From NCBI GenBank assembly GCA_046052125.1, contig JBJOMY010000004.1, positions 96,001 to 160,000 of the forward strand: a stretch of DNA of 64,000 nt, given 5' to 3'. Each line of letters starts with the position of its first letter. Position 1 is the stretch's first letter. A model generated the notes under the pieces. The model worked only from the letters and a program-made list of their open reading frames with translations. It had not been told where the DNA came from and ran no database searches. This DNA is from Cyanobacteriota bacterium. GTDB lineage: Bacteria; Cyanobacteriota; Cyanobacteriia; PCC-6307; Cyanobiaceae. Positions 30,575 through 41,159 of this stretch are shown here, one piece after another. The position numbers were made by a program, and so were the translations under genes.

Positions 30575-32812
30575 ATGGCCGCCATCCGCAACGGTTTGAG
30601 CCGCGCTCTGCGCAATCGCGGCTCCCTTGGGCTGGCCTCCGTTCTGCCGCTGGCCGCTGGTGCGGTTCTGGTCTCGGCGCCTGCAGCTCTGGCTCAGGCT
30701 GAGGCCCCTGGCGGACCACCGGCGCAAAACCCGGCAGCCGCGCCGGGGTTGAGCCCTGAATCCCTCGCACCTGCGCCCAAGGCCGAGCCGAAGGTGCTGA
30801 TCAGCGAGGTGGTGGTGAAGGGCATCGAGGGCCATCCCGAGCAGGAACGGCTTGAGATCGCGGTCTACGACGCGATGGCCACCCGCCCGGGCACCCAGGT
30901 GACCCGCAGTGAGCTGCAGAACGATCTCTCGGCGATCTACGCCACCGGTTGGTTCTCCGATGTGCGCATCCAGCCGGCCGATGGCCCGCTCGGGGTGCAG
31001 CTGGTGGTGACTGTGGTGCCTAACCCCGTGCTCACCAAGGTGGAGCTCGAGGGCGTGGGGGCGAAGACCAAGATGCCTCCCAACCTGATCCCCGACACCT
31101 TCGCCGCTGATTACGGCAAAACCCTCAACCTGAACACCCTGCAGGCCCGCATCGCTGAGCTGCAGAAGTGGTACGCCGACCAGGGCTATTCCCTGGCTCG
31201 GGTGAGCGGCCCCACCCGGGTGAGTCCGGAAGGTGTGGCTCAGCTGCAGGTGCGGGAAGGCACCGTGGCGGGTGTGGAGGTGCAGTTCCTCAACAAGGAA
31301 GGCGAGAACACCAACGACAAGGGCCAGCCGATCCGCGGCAAGACCAAGCCCTGGGTGGTGACCCGCGAGGTGTCGATCAAGCCCGGCGACACCTTCAACC
31401 GCCGCCAGCTGGAAGACGACATCAAACGCCTGTACGGCACTGGCCTGTTCGGTGATGTGAAGGTGACCCTCCGGCCCGTGGCGGGGAACCCCGGTGAAGT
31501 AACGATCGTGCTCGGCATCGTTGAGCAGTCGAGCGGTTCACTCTCCGGTGGCTTGGGCTACAGCCAAGCCCAGGGCGTATTCGGCCAGGTGCAGCTGCAG
31601 GACAGCAACCTGCTGGGCCGTGCCTGGGATCTGGCGGTGAACTTCACCTATGGGCAATTCGGCGGCCTGGGTGATATCTCCTTCACCGATCCCTGGATCA
31701 AAGGCGATAAGTTCCGCACCGCTTTCCGGGCACGGGTGTTCTTCAGCCGGGAGGTTCCGCAGATCTTCCAGAGCCAGAACAACGGCACGATCAACACCGT
31801 GTCGGATGTGTCGAACGACTTCTTCAAGGCACCGGCGAGCGCCAACGCCTACAACATCCAAAGCAAGAACAACCCCACCGGCACGTCCTTCGGCTCGATT
31901 TCCAAGGCCGAGAAGGCTGATCCCAGCCTCAACTGGTTCAACCTCGATAACAACTCCATCGCCCTGCAGCGCATCGGTGCGAACGTTCAGTTCGTTCGCC
32001 CCCTCAATGGAGGCAATCCCTATAAGCGCGCCCCTTGGAATGTGGTGGTGGGCTTTAGCGGTCAGGAAGTCACGCCGATGAATTTCAGCGGCAGCCTGAT
32101 GCCCTATGGCATGAACACCAACAACTACAGCAATGGCAAAACGCAGGTGAAGGATGTCATCTGCATCGCTTACAACTGCGCTGAGAAGAACCAGCTGGTG
32201 GGCCTGCGCGTGGCCGCCACCATGAACAACCTCAACGATCCGCGCAACCCCACCTCTGGCAATTTCATCAGCCTCGGCACGGAACAGTTTTTCTCTGTGG
32301 GGCCTGATTCACCCAGCTTCAATCGCCTGCGCGCTAGCTACACCCACTACCTCCCGGTGAACTGGCTGAAGATCTTCAAAGGCTGCCGGCCCAAGCCCGG
32401 TCAGAAAGAAGATTGCAAGCAGGCCCTGGCCTTCCAGGTGACCGCAGGAACCAACGTGGGCAACCTGCCCCCCTACGAAGCGTTCTGCCTCGGTGGCTCC
32501 AACTCCGTTCGCGGCTACTACGACTGCGATCTGGGGGTGGGCAAGAGCTTCGGTGAGGCCACGCTCGAATACCGCTTCCCGATCTTCAGCATCATCAGCG
32601 GTGAGGTGTTTGTGGATGGCGGCACCAGCTTCGGTAGCCAAGCCAATGTTCCTGGCAACCCTGGCGGGCTGCTTCTTAAACCTGGCGATGGTTTCTCTGT
32701 GGGTACCGGTTTGATCGTGACCACTCCGGTTGGTCCGCTCCGCCTGGAAGTGGCCAGCCAAGACTTCACCGGTCAGTGGCGCTTCAACCTGGGTGTGGGT
32801 TGGAAATTCTGA
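30575..32812 (+). CDS. bamA: Omp85/BamA outer membrane assembly protein
   Basis: Signal peptide, POTRA-like segments, LGGSNSVRGY motif, C-terminal GVGWKF; upstream of lpxC. Confidence 0.93.
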   Translation: MAAIRNGLSRALRNRGSLGLASVLPLAAGAVLVSAPAALAQAEAPGGPPAQNPAAAPGLSPESLAPAPKAEPKVLISEVVVKGIEGHPEQERLEIAVYDAMATRPGTQVTRSELQNDLSAIYATGWFSDVRIQPADGPLGVQLVVTVVPNPVLTKVELEGVGAKTKMPPNLIPDTFAADYGKTLNLNTLQARIAELQKWYADQGYSLARVSGPTRVSPEGVAQLQVREGTVAGVEVQFLNKEGENTNDKGQPIRGKTKPWVVTREVSIKPGDTFNRRQLEDDIKRLYGTGLFGDVKVTLRPVAGNPGEVTIVLGIVEQSSGSLSGGLGYSQAQGVFGQVQLQDSNLLGRAWDLAVNFTYGQFGGLGDISFTDPWIKGDKFRTAFRARVFFSREVPQIFQSQNNGTINTVSDVSNDFFKAPASANAYNIQSKNNPTGTSFGSISKAEKADPSLNWFNLDNNSIALQRIGANVQFVRPLNGGNPYKRAPWNVVVGFSGQEVTPMNFSGSLMPYGMNTNNYSNGKTQVKDVICIAYNCAEKNQLVGLRVAATMNNLNDPRNPTSGNFISLGTEQFFSVGPDSPSFNRLRASYTHYLPVNWLKIFKGCRPKPGQKEDCKQALAFQVTAGTNVGNLPPYEAFCLGGSNSVRGYYDCDLGVGKSFGEATLEYRFPIFSIISGEVFVDGGTSFGSQANVPGNPGGLLLKPGDGFSVGTGLIVTTPVGPLRLEVASQDFTGQWRFNLGVGWKF

Positions 32813-32820
32813 GCAACAGC

Positions 32821-33663
32821 GTGACGATCTGGCCCAGCGATTACTCCCAGGCTTGGACCCTGAATGCTCCGGTGGAGCGCTCGGGAGTTGGTCTGCATAG
32901 CGGCGCCACGGCGCGTTTGCGTTTGGAGCCGTTTGAGCAGGCCGGCTATTGGGTGGGCTGGCTCGATGCGCCCGAGCTGCCGCTGCAGCAGTTGCATCCC
33001 TCCCAGGTTTGCGAAACCCAGTTGTGCACGGCTCTGCAGCTGGATCAGCGCCGGCTGGCCACGGTGGAACACCTGCTGGCCGCTCTGGCGGGGGTGGGAA
33101 TCACTTCCGCGCTGTTGCTGGTGGATGGGCCAGAGATTCCCTTGATGGATGGCTCTGCTCAGCCCTGGGTGGAGGCGATTGCCGAGGTGGGCTTGAAAAC
33201 GCTGGGGCCGCGGCCTCTGGCCTCCGCGTTATCGGCGCCGATCACCCTGCAGCACGGCCAGAGCTTCGTGACGGCTCTTCCCAGTGACCGCTTCAGGTTG
33301 GCGGCTGCGATCGAGTTTCCCCAGCCGGCCATCGGCCGCCAGTTGTTCAGCCTGGAACTCACGCCCGAGGCGTTTGTGGAGCAGATCGCTCCAGCGCGCA
33401 CGTTCGGGTTCAAGCAGCAGGTGGAGCAGTTACTGGCGGCTGGTCTGATCAGGGGCGGAGCGCTCGATAACGCTCTGGTGTGCGACGGCGATGGCTGGGT
33501 GAACCCCCCGCTGCGCTTTGCCGATGAACCGGTGCGCCATAAGCTCCTTGACCTACTGGGCGATCTCGCCCTGGCGGGTCTGCCTCAGGCTCAGGTGTTT
33601 GCCTTCCGTGGTTCCCACGGATTGCACACGGCCTTGGCTGCCGCCCTGGTTTCTTCCTCCTGA
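32821..33663 (+). CDS. lpxC: UDP-3-O-acyl-GlcNAc deacetylase
   Basis: [38 protein letters not shown]. Confidence 0.96.
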   Translation: MTIWPSDYSQAWTLNAPVERSGVGLHSGATARLRLEPFEQAGYWVGWLDAPELPLQQLHPSQVCETQLCTALQLDQRRLATVEHLLAALAGVGITSALLLVDGPEIPLMDGSAQPWVEAIAEVGLKTLGPRPLASALSAPITLQHGQSFVTALPSDRFRLAAAIEFPQPAIGRQLFSLELTPEAFVEQIAPARTFGFKQQVEQLLAAGLIRGGALDNALVCDGDGWVNPPLRFADEPVRHKLLDLLGDLALAGLPQAQVFAFRGSHGLHTALAAALVSSS

Positions 33664-33668
33664 TTGCC

Positions 33669-34127
33669 TTGACCGCCTCCCCCACGCCATCGGCGCCTGT
33701 GCTCACCAGCGAGCAGATTCAGGGCTTGCTGCCGCATCGCTACCCCTTCGCGCTGGTGGATCGGGTGATCGAGCACGAGCCCGGCAAGCGGGCGGTGGCG
33801 ATCAAGAACGTGACCTTCAACGAACCCCAGTTCCAGGGGCATTTCCCCGGTCGGCCGCTGATGCCTGGGGTGCTGATTGTGGAAGCGATGGCCCAGGTGG
33901 GTGGCTTGATCGTGACCCAGATGCCCGACCTGCCCAAGGGGCTGTTCGTGTTCGCCGGCATCGATGGCGTGCGCTTCCGCCGTCCGGTGGTGCCAGGTGA
34001 TCAGCTGGTGATCAGCTGTGAGCTCCTGAGCCTCAAGCGCAAACGCTTTGGCAAGGTGAAAGCGGAAGCCACCGTGGATGGCGAACTGGTTTGCGCCGGA
34101 GAGCTGATGTTCTCCTTGGTGGACTGA
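33669..34127 (+). CDS. fabZ: 3-hydroxyacyl-ACP dehydratase
   Basis: [33 protein letters not shown]. Confidence 0.97.
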   Translation: MTASPTPSAPVLTSEQIQGLLPHRYPFALVDRVIEHEPGKRAVAIKNVTFNEPQFQGHFPGRPLMPGVLIVEAMAQVGGLIVTQMPDLPKGLFVFAGIDGVRFRRPVVPGDQLVISCELLSLKRKRFGKVKAEATVDGELVCAGELMFSLVD

Positions 34128-34139
34128 GCCGCTGCTGTG

Positions 34140-34979
34140 ATGTCGTCTCTCGCCATGGAAGCCAGCACGGGCGAAACCAGAATCCACCCAACGGCGGTGG
34201 TGGATTCCCGCGCTCAGATCGATGCAGGGGTTGTGATCGGCCCCTATGCGGTGGTGGGCCCTGAGGTGTCGATCGGCGCCGGCAGCCGGATTGGTCCGCA
34301 CGTGGTGCTGGACGGCCGGGTGACCATGGGAAGCCGCAATCGCATCTTCCCGGGTGCGTGCATTGGCGCTGAACCCCAAGACCTCAAATACAACGGTGCC
34401 TCCACCGAGGTGGTGATCGGCGACGACAACGCCATCCGCGAGTGCGTGACCATCAACCGCGCCACCCACGACGGTGAACAAACACGGATCGGTAGCGGCA
34501 ATCTGTTGATGGCCTACAGCCATCTGGGCCACAACTGCCTGCTGGGGGATCGGATCGTGATCGCCAACGGCGTGGCTGTGGCCGGCCATGTGGTGATCGG
34601 GGACCGCGCCGTGATCGGCGGTGTGCTCGGGATCCACCAGTTCGTGCACATCGGCACGATGGCGATGGTGGGTGGCATGAGCCGCATCGATCGGGATGTG
34701 CCCCCCTACGCGATCGTGGAGGGTCATCCCGGCCGTTTGCGCGGGCTCAATCGCATCGGCATCAAACGCAGCGGGTTGGCGGAGCTTGATGGCGGTGCCC
34801 AGGCCAAGCAGTTGCAGCAGGTGTGGGCAGAGCTGTATCGCTCAGATGCCGTTCTGGCCGATGCTCTCCAACAGGTGCGGCGTCAAACCTTGCTCGCGCC
34901 AGCCGAAACCCTGGTGAGCTTCCTGGAGGCCTCGATCGGTCCCGGTCGCCGCGGTCCGCTGCCTGCCGGGCGTTCATGA
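34140..34979 (+). CDS. lpxA: Acyl-ACP--UDP-GlcNAc O-acyltransferase
   Basis: IHPTAVV, hexapeptide repeats, [18 protein letters not shown]. Confidence 0.96.
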   Translation: MSSLAMEASTGETRIHPTAVVDSRAQIDAGVVIGPYAVVGPEVSIGAGSRIGPHVVLDGRVTMGSRNRIFPGACIGAEPQDLKYNGASTEVVIGDDNAIRECVTINRATHDGEQTRIGSGNLLMAYSHLGHNCLLGDRIVIANGVAVAGHVVIGDRAVIGGVLGIHQFVHIGTMAMVGGMSRIDRDVPPYAIVEGHPGRLRGLNRIGIKRSGLAELDGGAQAKQLQQVWAELYRSDAVLADALQQVRRQTLLAPAETLVSFLEASIGPGRRGPLPAGRS

Positions 34980-36166
34980 GGCGTCTGCTGATCAGCACCG
35001 GTGAGGTATCCGGTGATCTGCAGGGCGGTCTGCTGGTGGCCGCTCTGCGCAAGGAAGCCGATCGGCGCCAACTGCCGCTGGAGATCAGTGCCCTCGGTGG
35101 TGAGCGGATGCGCCAGGCCGGCGCCGCGCTGTTGGCCAACACCACTCCCATGGGCTCGATCGGCTTGTGGGAGGCTCTGCCACTGGTGGTGCCCACCCTG
35201 CGGGTGCAGCGGCGTGTGGGGCGCTGGCTGAAGCGCACGCCCCCCGATGCGGTGGTGTTGATCGATTACATGGGCGCCAATGTGGGCCTTGGCCTGAAGG
35301 TGAAGCGCAGGCTGCCCCAGGTGCCGATCTTCTATTACATCGCCCCTCAGGAGTGGGCGTTCCGGGTGGGCGAGGGCAGCTCCACCCGGCTGATTGGCTT
35401 CACCGATCGAATCCTGGCGATCTTTCCCGAGGAGGCCCGGTTCTACGGGGCCAGGGGCGCCCAGGTCACCTGGGTGGGCCATCCCTTGCTCGACACGCTC
35501 GTCGATCTGCCGAGTCGGGATGCGGCAAGGGCTCAGCTGGGTTTGCAGCCCCATGAGCGTTTGCTGCTGCTCTTCCCTGCCTCCCGTCAGCAGGAACTGC
35601 ACTATCTGCTGCCGCCCTTGGCTGCTGCGGCCGCCGAACTCCAGCGCCGTTGCCCGGGCTTGCGGGTGATGGTGCCGGCAGGGCAGGCCGCGTTTGAGTC
35701 GGTGCTTGCCCAGATGCTGGAGGCCGCTGGCGTGCAGGCCGAGGTGGTGCCAGCCGCCCAGGCGGATCAGCTGCGGCCCGCGCTCTGCGCTGCGGCGGAT
35801 CTGGCGCTGAACAAATCCGGCACGGTGAATCTGGAACTGGCCCTGCGGGGCGTGCCCCAGGTGGTGGCCTATCGGGTGAGCAGGCCCACCGCCTGGGTGG
35901 CGAAGCATCTGCTCAACTTCCAGGTGGATCACATCTCTCCGGTGAATCTGGTGCTGCAGGAGCGGCTCGTGCCCGAGTTGCTGCAGGACCAGCTCACCGC
36001 CGAGGCGGTGGTGCACGAAGCTCTGCCTCTGCTCAGCGACCCAGCCGCGCGTCAACGGGTGGTCGAGGGCTACCAGCGCCTGCGGCAAGCCCTTGGTGAG
36101 CCCGGCGTCACCCAACGGGCGGCGGCTGCCATCCTGGACGCTCTGCCGAACGCCGACTCCGCTTGA
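34976..36166 (+). CDS. lpxB: Lipid-A-disaccharide synthase
   Basis: [42 protein letters not shown] overlaps the lpxA stop. Confidence 0.96.
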   Translation: MRRLLISTGEVSGDLQGGLLVAALRKEADRRQLPLEISALGGERMRQAGAALLANTTPMGSIGLWEALPLVVPTLRVQRRVGRWLKRTPPDAVVLIDYMGANVGLGLKVKRRLPQVPIFYYIAPQEWAFRVGEGSSTRLIGFTDRILAIFPEEARFYGARGAQVTWVGHPLLDTLVDLPSRDAARAQLGLQPHERLLLLFPASRQQELHYLLPPLAAAAAELQRRCPGLRVMVPAGQAAFESVLAQMLEAAGVQAEVVPAAQADQLRPALCAAADLALNKSGTVNLELALRGVPQVVAYRVSRPTAWVAKHLLNFQVDHISPVNLVLQERLVPELLQDQLTAEAVVHEALPLLSDPAARQRVVEGYQRLRQALGEPGVTQRAAAAILDALPNADSA

Positions 36167-36789
36167 TCAAGCGAGCCCTGCCCCTGCTGCTAGCCGTTGT
36201 GCTGCTCCTAGCGGGACCAGCCCACGCCGCCGTGGAGGAAGCCGTGCTGGCTGGCGGCTGCTTCTGGTGCCTGGAGCACGATCTCGAAAAGCTGCCCGGG
36301 GTGCTCGATGCCGAAAGCGGCTACAGCGGTGGAAGCCTTCGAAACCCCACCTACCGCCAGGTGAGCGCGGGTGGCACAGGGCATCAGGAAGCGGTGCGGG
36401 TGCGTTTTGATCTCTCCAAGATCAGCTATCCCACCTTGTTGCGGGCCTACTGGCGCAATGTGGACGCCCTCGATGGAGGCGGACAGTTTTGCGATCGCGG
36501 CAGTTCCTATCGCCCGGTGATTTTCACGAGCGGCAAGGAGCAGCAACAGCAAGCCAAAGCCAGTCTCCAGGCGGCCGCCAAGGAGCTGAAGCAGCCAGCC
36601 TCATCGATTCGGGTTCAGATCAAACCGCTCGAGCGCTTCTGGTCGGCCGAGGGCTATCACCAGGATTACGCCGAGCTCAACAGCGTGAAATACCGCTACT
36701 ACCGCTGGGCCTGCGGCCGGGATCGGCGCCTGGATCAGCTTTGGGGTTCTAAGGCCCGCAGCCGCGCTCCCTGGGTGTCGTCTTCCTGA
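36163..36789 (+). CDS. msrA: Peptide methionine sulfoxide reductase A with signal peptide
   Basis: [23 protein letters not shown]-terminal signal ending AHA. Confidence 0.93.
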   Translation: MIKRALPLLLAVVLLLAGPAHAAVEEAVLAGGCFWCLEHDLEKLPGVLDAESGYSGGSLRNPTYRQVSAGGTGHQEAVRVRFDLSKISYPTLLRAYWRNVDALDGGGQFCDRGSSYRPVIFTSGKEQQQQAKASLQAAAKELKQPASSIRVQIKPLERFWSAEGYHQDYAELNSVKYRYYRWACGRDRRLDQLWGSKARSRAPWVSSS

Positions 36790-36945
36790 CCCAATCAGAC
36801 ACAGCCCTCCTTGGTCAATTCGGAGGAAATGCTGAAGCCCCTGGTGGGCCCTTTTGGTTCTTTTTGAGTGGTGGAGCGGGTTTCCGCCCTTTTTCCTCTT
36901 AGGAGAGTCTCCTAGCTTTTATCGGACTCGAATGCAGGTGTGTGT

Positions 36946-37137
36946 ATGTATCTGCTGACGATTCGCGATGGTCTCGTGACCCGTCACATCGGCCCCTATG
37001 AGAGCCCGAAGCAGGCATCAGACGATCTGGATCGCTTGCTGCAGCACTTTGGTGAGCGTGCTCGCTGGCAGATCCATGCCCTAGAGGCTCCGCGGGACGT
37101 GATGCAAAGCAGCGACCGCATCGCCGCTGCGGCCTGA
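36946..37137 (+). CDS. Small hypothetical protein
   Basis: MYLLTIRDGLVTRHIGPY...WQIHALE, 63 aa, preceded by an AT-richer promoter-like region. Confidence 0.7.
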   Translation: MYLLTIRDGLVTRHIGPYESPKQASDDLDRLLQHFGERARWQIHALEAPRDVMQSSDRIAAAA

Positions 37138-37149
37138 GGGCTCAGCGGT

Positions 37150-37395
37150 TCAGGCCTTGGGTTCGCGCTGTTGCCCGGGGTAGCCGCGCAACAGGCCGCT
37201 TTCCACCATCAGGCCCACACCGGCAACGATGGCCACCAGGCTGAGGGTGCCGTACCAGAACCAGGGGCCATGCGGTTGCCCCATGGCCTGCAGGGTGCGG
37301 CGCTGCACGGCCTCTCCGAATAGGCACAGTCCGGCGGGCAGCAGCAGCACGCCGATCTGAGCCTTCACGAACCAGCGGATCTTGCGAACGGCCAT
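37150..37395 (-). CDS. Small membrane protein
   Basis: 81 aa with two hydrophobic segments; follows pepA. Confidence 0.7.
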   Translation of the reverse strand: MAVRKIRWFVKAQIGVLLLPAGLCLFGEAVQRRTLQAMGQPHGPWFWYGTLSLVAIVAGVGLMVESGLLRGYPGQQREPKA

Positions 37396-37428
37396 GACGT
37401 CGAGCTGGAACGGTCGTGAGCAGCCAGC

Positions 37429-38919
37429 CTAGGCGGGGCCTCCGGCTTGCACCCAGTTCACCAGGGTGCGCACGCCATAGCCAGTGGCGCCGGCGGGATC
37501 GAGGCCTCGCCCCTTGTCGCTCCACACGGTGCCGGCGATGTCCATGTGGGCCCAGGCCACATCGGCATTCACGAAATCCTGAAGGAACAGCGCCGCGGTG
37601 ATCGAGCCGCCGGGGCGGGGACCGGTGTTCTTCATGTCGGCCAGGCCGCTCTTCAATCCCTCGCGGTAGGAGGCCCGCAGGGGCATGCGCCAGAGGTTCT
37701 CGCCCCCTTGCTCCCCTGCCTGCAGCAGTGCTTCGGCCAGGCCATCGCAGGGGGACCAGAGGCCGGCGATCTCTTCGCCAAGCGCGATCACGCAGGCGCC
37801 GGTGAGGGTGGCCAGATCCACCACCGCGTCGGGTTCGAGCTTGCAGGCGTACACCAGCGCATCAGCCAGGGTGAGACGGCCTTCTGCATCGGTGTTGTTG
37901 ATCTCGATCGTCTTGCCGTTGGAGGCCTTCACGATCGCCCCGGGGTGAATGGCGCCGCCGCTGATCATGTTTTCGCAGGCGGCCACGATCATGTGCACCT
38001 CCACGCCGGCGGGTTTCAGCTCGGCGATGGCCCGCATGGCACCCAGCACCGCTGCGCTGCCGCCCATGTCGTACTTCATCATCTCGATCTGCGAGCCGGC
38101 GGTTTTGAGGTTGTAGCCGCCGGAATCGAAGGTGAGCCCCTTGCCCACCAGCACCAGCCGGCGGTTCGCGACGCTCGCGGGTCGGTAGGTGAGGTGGATG
38201 AATTTCGGAGGTAAGTCCGATCCCTGGGCCACCGCCAGGTAGGAGCCCATCCCGAGCGCTTCACACTCGGCGCGCTCCAGCACCTTCAGTTCGAGTCCGA
38301 ACTCGCGAGCGATGGTGGCCGCGGTGTCAGCCAGGGCGGCTGGTGTCATCACATTGGGCGGCGCCGCCACCAGCTCCCTGGCCAGCTCCACACCGCTGCA
38401 CACGGCTTGGCTGTTGGCGATCGCTCCATGGGCGGTGTCCGGCAGGCCCAGCAGGTCCACCTGTTGGGGGCAAGGCTTCGGATCGGCTTCGCTCTTGAAG
38501 CGTTGATCGGCGTAGAGGCTGAGGCGCACCGCCTCGGCCATGGCGGTGGCTGCACTGGCAGGGTCGAGCCCCTCCACGGGCATCGCTAGTCCCAGTTGCT
38601 GGGCACCCGCCGCCGCCGCGGCCTTGCTCGCGGTTGCTGTGGCGCTGCGCAGCTGTTCAGGGCCGAAATCGGCCGGGGCACCCAGGCCCACCACCACCAG
38701 CAGGCTGGGGCTCTGGCCGAGCAGATCGATGCTCAGGCACTCGCCCGGTTTGGCTTTGAAACGCCGTTGCTCCAGCCGCTCGGCCACGGCAGCACCGAAG
38801 CGTTCGGTTAAGGCACGGCGGCTCGATTCAGCGGCTTCGCCGCCGAACAGGCCCACCGCCAGGGCCTCGCCGCTCCAGCTGCTGAGGCTGGCTGTGCTGC
38901 AGCGGATTTCGGCGGGCAT
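37429..38919 (-). CDS. pepA: Leucyl aminopeptidase (M17)
   Basis: VGKGLTFDSGG, MKYDMGG, NTDAEGRL, DLATLTGA. Confidence 0.96.
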   Translation of the reverse strand: MPAEIRCSTASLSSWSGEALAVGLFGGEAAESSRRALTERFGAAVAERLEQRRFKAKPGECLSIDLLGQSPSLLVVVGLGAPADFGPEQLRSATATASKAAAAAGAQQLGLAMPVEGLDPASAATAMAEAVRLSLYADQRFKSEADPKPCPQQVDLLGLPDTAHGAIANSQAVCSGVELARELVAAPPNVMTPAALADTAATIAREFGLELKVLERAECEALGMGSYLAVAQGSDLPPKFIHLTYRPASVANRRLVLVGKGLTFDSGGYNLKTAGSQIEMMKYDMGGSAAVLGAMRAIAELKPAGVEVHMIVAACENMISGGAIHPGAIVKASNGKTIEINNTDAEGRLTLADALVYACKLEPDAVVDLATLTGACVIALGEEIAGLWSPCDGLAEALLQAGEQGGENLWRMPLRASYREGLKSGLADMKNTGPRPGGSITAALFLQDFVNADVAWAHMDIAGTVWSDKGRGLDPAGATGYGVRTLVNWVQAGGPA

Positions 38920-38953
38920 CTCGGCGGTTCAGCTGGCCGCGATGGTAGAGCGA

Positions 38954-39574
38954 TCAGTCGGGATCAGCGGTGAAGGGGGTGGCCCAGCGCCCGCGGGTTT
39001 CCTTGTTGAAAGGCGGTAGCCAGTGGCGGATCAGTGCCTGCTCCAGGGCCCGCCGCTCCCGTACAGGCTCGGGCGCATCACTCCAGAAGCGGATGCTCAG
39101 CTGGCTGCCCATCCCCACCTGCTGCAGGGCTTCCCCGTAGGCCGCCAGGTAGCTCTTGCAGTCGTGCTCCCCTTTCCAGCGCCGATCGGCCTGGGCGGTT
39201 TCGCCCACGTAGAGCAGCAGGTGGCCGGAAAGGTGGGGCGGCCGATCAAGCACGAAGTAGAGCGCCGCTCCGCTGTTGGCTGCTTCCGGCCAACGCCAGA
39301 ACTGCAAGTGCTGGGGGGCGAGGGCCAGGGGATCCAGGCGCTGCGCGGTGGCTGCTGCTCCGACCACCGCTCCACCAAACAGATCCATCTGGCCGGCGGA
39401 GAGAATGCGCGCTTCGGCGGCCCCAGCAAAGCGGGGTTGTTGAAACTCCAGCAGCCGTTGCTGCCACTCGCGCAGCTGATGCTCCTGAAGGGGTAGCGCT
39501 TCAGGGCCAAGGGCACCGGCCCCGATCGTGCTTCTGAATAGATCCCCTTGCCGGGGCGTGTTGCGCTCGGCCAT
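38954..39574 (-). CDS. GIY-YIG nuclease family protein
   Basis: ALYFVLD...LLYVGET, conserved R, LEQALI...PPFN; ATG 39574. Confidence 0.82.
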   Translation of the reverse strand: MAERNTPRQGDLFRSTIGAGALGPEALPLQEHQLREWQQRLLEFQQPRFAGAAEARILSAGQMDLFGGAVVGAAATAQRLDPLALAPQHLQFWRWPEAANSGAALYFVLDRPPHLSGHLLLYVGETAQADRRWKGEHDCKSYLAAYGEALQQVGMGSQLSIRFWSDAPEPVRERRALEQALIRHWLPPFNKETRGRWATPFTADPD

Positions 39575-39578
39575 CGCT

Positions 39579-40271
39579 TCAGGCTGAGCGCGGCAATTGC
39601 GGCCCGGCAGGTCCCTGGCCAAAGCGCACCTTGCCGATGAGCTCTTCCACCAGCGCCGGAGGCAGTTGCAGGCGGTGTTGCAGATCGGCCAGATCGCTGA
39701 AGGGAGCCCGCTGGCGCTCCCGCAGCAGCCGGGCCCGCCGTGGGCCATCGAGCTGGGGGAGCTGGCGCTCCAGCGCGGCGGGACTGGCGTGATTCAGATC
39801 GAGTTGGCTGCGGGAGGGCGCTGGTGGCGCGCCATCGCCGTACCAACGAAACAGCAATAAGGGCTCCCAGGCCTCCACCTGCTGCTGGGGCAACTCGAGC
39901 AGCCGTTGCAGATCCTCCGGGCCGCTCAGTTGAACGCCGCCCTGTTGGAGCCTGAGCAGCAGATCCACCTGGTTGGCCGTGATGCCCGGCAGCCTCAACC
40001 AGTCGGCGGCGCTGGCTCGGTTCACATCCAGCCGCCAGCCCAGGGCTGCCGCGTGCTGCACCTCGGCCGGATTGTGCAGGCGCCGATCCGGATCGTGCCG
40101 CAGCTTTAGCTCCAGTAGATCGCGCTCCACAGCAGCGTTCATCTCCGCCGCCTGGGGCTCACTGACGGCTGGGCCAGTGGTCGCAGCGCTGGATTTCCGT
40201 TGCCTCGGCAGCTGCCCGGTGGCCTCCAGCAGGCTGCGGGCGAGTGGATCCAACCAGTGGCCCCGGGCCAT
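39579..40271 (-). CDS. Helix-hairpin-helix (ComEA-like) DNA-binding protein
   Basis: LDVNRASAADWLRLPGI and LDLNHAS...RERQRAPFSDLADL; ATG 40271. Confidence 0.85.
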   Translation of the reverse strand: MARGHWLDPLARSLLEATGQLPRQRKSSAATTGPAVSEPQAAEMNAAVERDLLELKLRHDPDRRLHNPAEVQHAAALGWRLDVNRASAADWLRLPGITANQVDLLLRLQQGGVQLSGPEDLQRLLELPQQQVEAWEPLLLFRWYGDGAPPAPSRSQLDLNHASPAALERQLPQLDGPRRARLLRERQRAPFSDLADLQHRLQLPPALVEELIGKVRFGQGPAGPQLPRSA

Positions 40272-40303
40272 GGAGGCGAAGGCGCTGCAGATGTCGCCCG
40301 ACC

Positions 40304-41014
40304 TTAACGATCTTCCGGCCAGTCCACCAAACCGAGGCGGATGCCTTTCACGGCGGCATGGAGGCGGCTGCGGGCCGGAAGTTTGCGCCGGATCTGAGCG
40401 ATGTGGCTTTTCACCGTTTCGATGCTGATGAAGAGGGCAGCGGCGATCTCCTGATTCGAGGCATTGCCAGCCAGCAGCTGCAGCACCTCCACCTCCCGAT
40501 CCGTGAGCTGCGCCAGGGGGGCGTCGCCCAGGCCCGCATAACCCTGGAGGTACTGGTCCATCAGACCCTTCTCCACATAGGCCGCCCCCTGGGCCACCAC
40601 CTGCAGGGCTCTCACTACCGTGCCGCGACCAATCTCGGATTCCAGGCAGATGCCGTCGCAGCCGGCTTCCAGGGCTCGGCGGATCGTGATCAGCCGCCGC
40701 GGCTGGGTCACCACCATCAGCGTGCAGGGGGCTGGATTGAGCTGTTTGGCGGCCTCCACCAGCGATCCACCATGGCCCTGCTCGAGGCGGTCGGTGCACA
40801 GCAGCACCGTGCCGCTGTGCTTTTTCAGTCGCTTGAGTGCTTCGGCTTCGGTGGTGCAGGCCCCCACCAGCTGCTGCCCTGGTTGCAAGCAACTGATGAA
40901 CAGGCTCAGGGCCATGCGGCTGCCCAAGCAGACCACCACGCGATGGGGTTCCAGCAGATCGCTGCCGCTGCTCACGAAACCGCGCACCTCCTCAATCAGG
41001 GGGGTGTAATCCAC
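40304..41014 (-). CDS. LuxR/NarL-type regulator with degenerate receiver domain
   Basis: C-terminal LTDREVEVLQLLAG..SNQEIAAALFISIETVKSHI HTH. Confidence 0.88.
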   Translation of the reverse strand: MDYTPLIEEVRGFVSSGSDLLEPHRVVVCLGSRMALSLFISCLQPGQQLVGACTTEAEALKRLKKHSGTVLLCTDRLEQGHGGSLVEAAKQLNPAPCTLMVVTQPRRLITIRRALEAGCDGICLESEIGRGTVVRALQVVAQGAAYVEKGLMDQYLQGYAGLGDAPLAQLTDREVEVLQLLAGNASNQEIAAALFISIETVKSHIAQIRRKLPARSRLHAAVKGIRLGLVDWPEDR

Positions 41015-41159
41015 GGTTCGATTCCGCTCGCTTCACTTCCACTCTGCGCAGAGCGGCTCGGGACGTCAGCTGCAGCCTGGAGCACAGATACGTGGATCCG
41101 CACTCGTCAGCCCAGGAGCGTCTCAGCACAATTATTCGAATCGCTTGGGCCTGTTCGCC

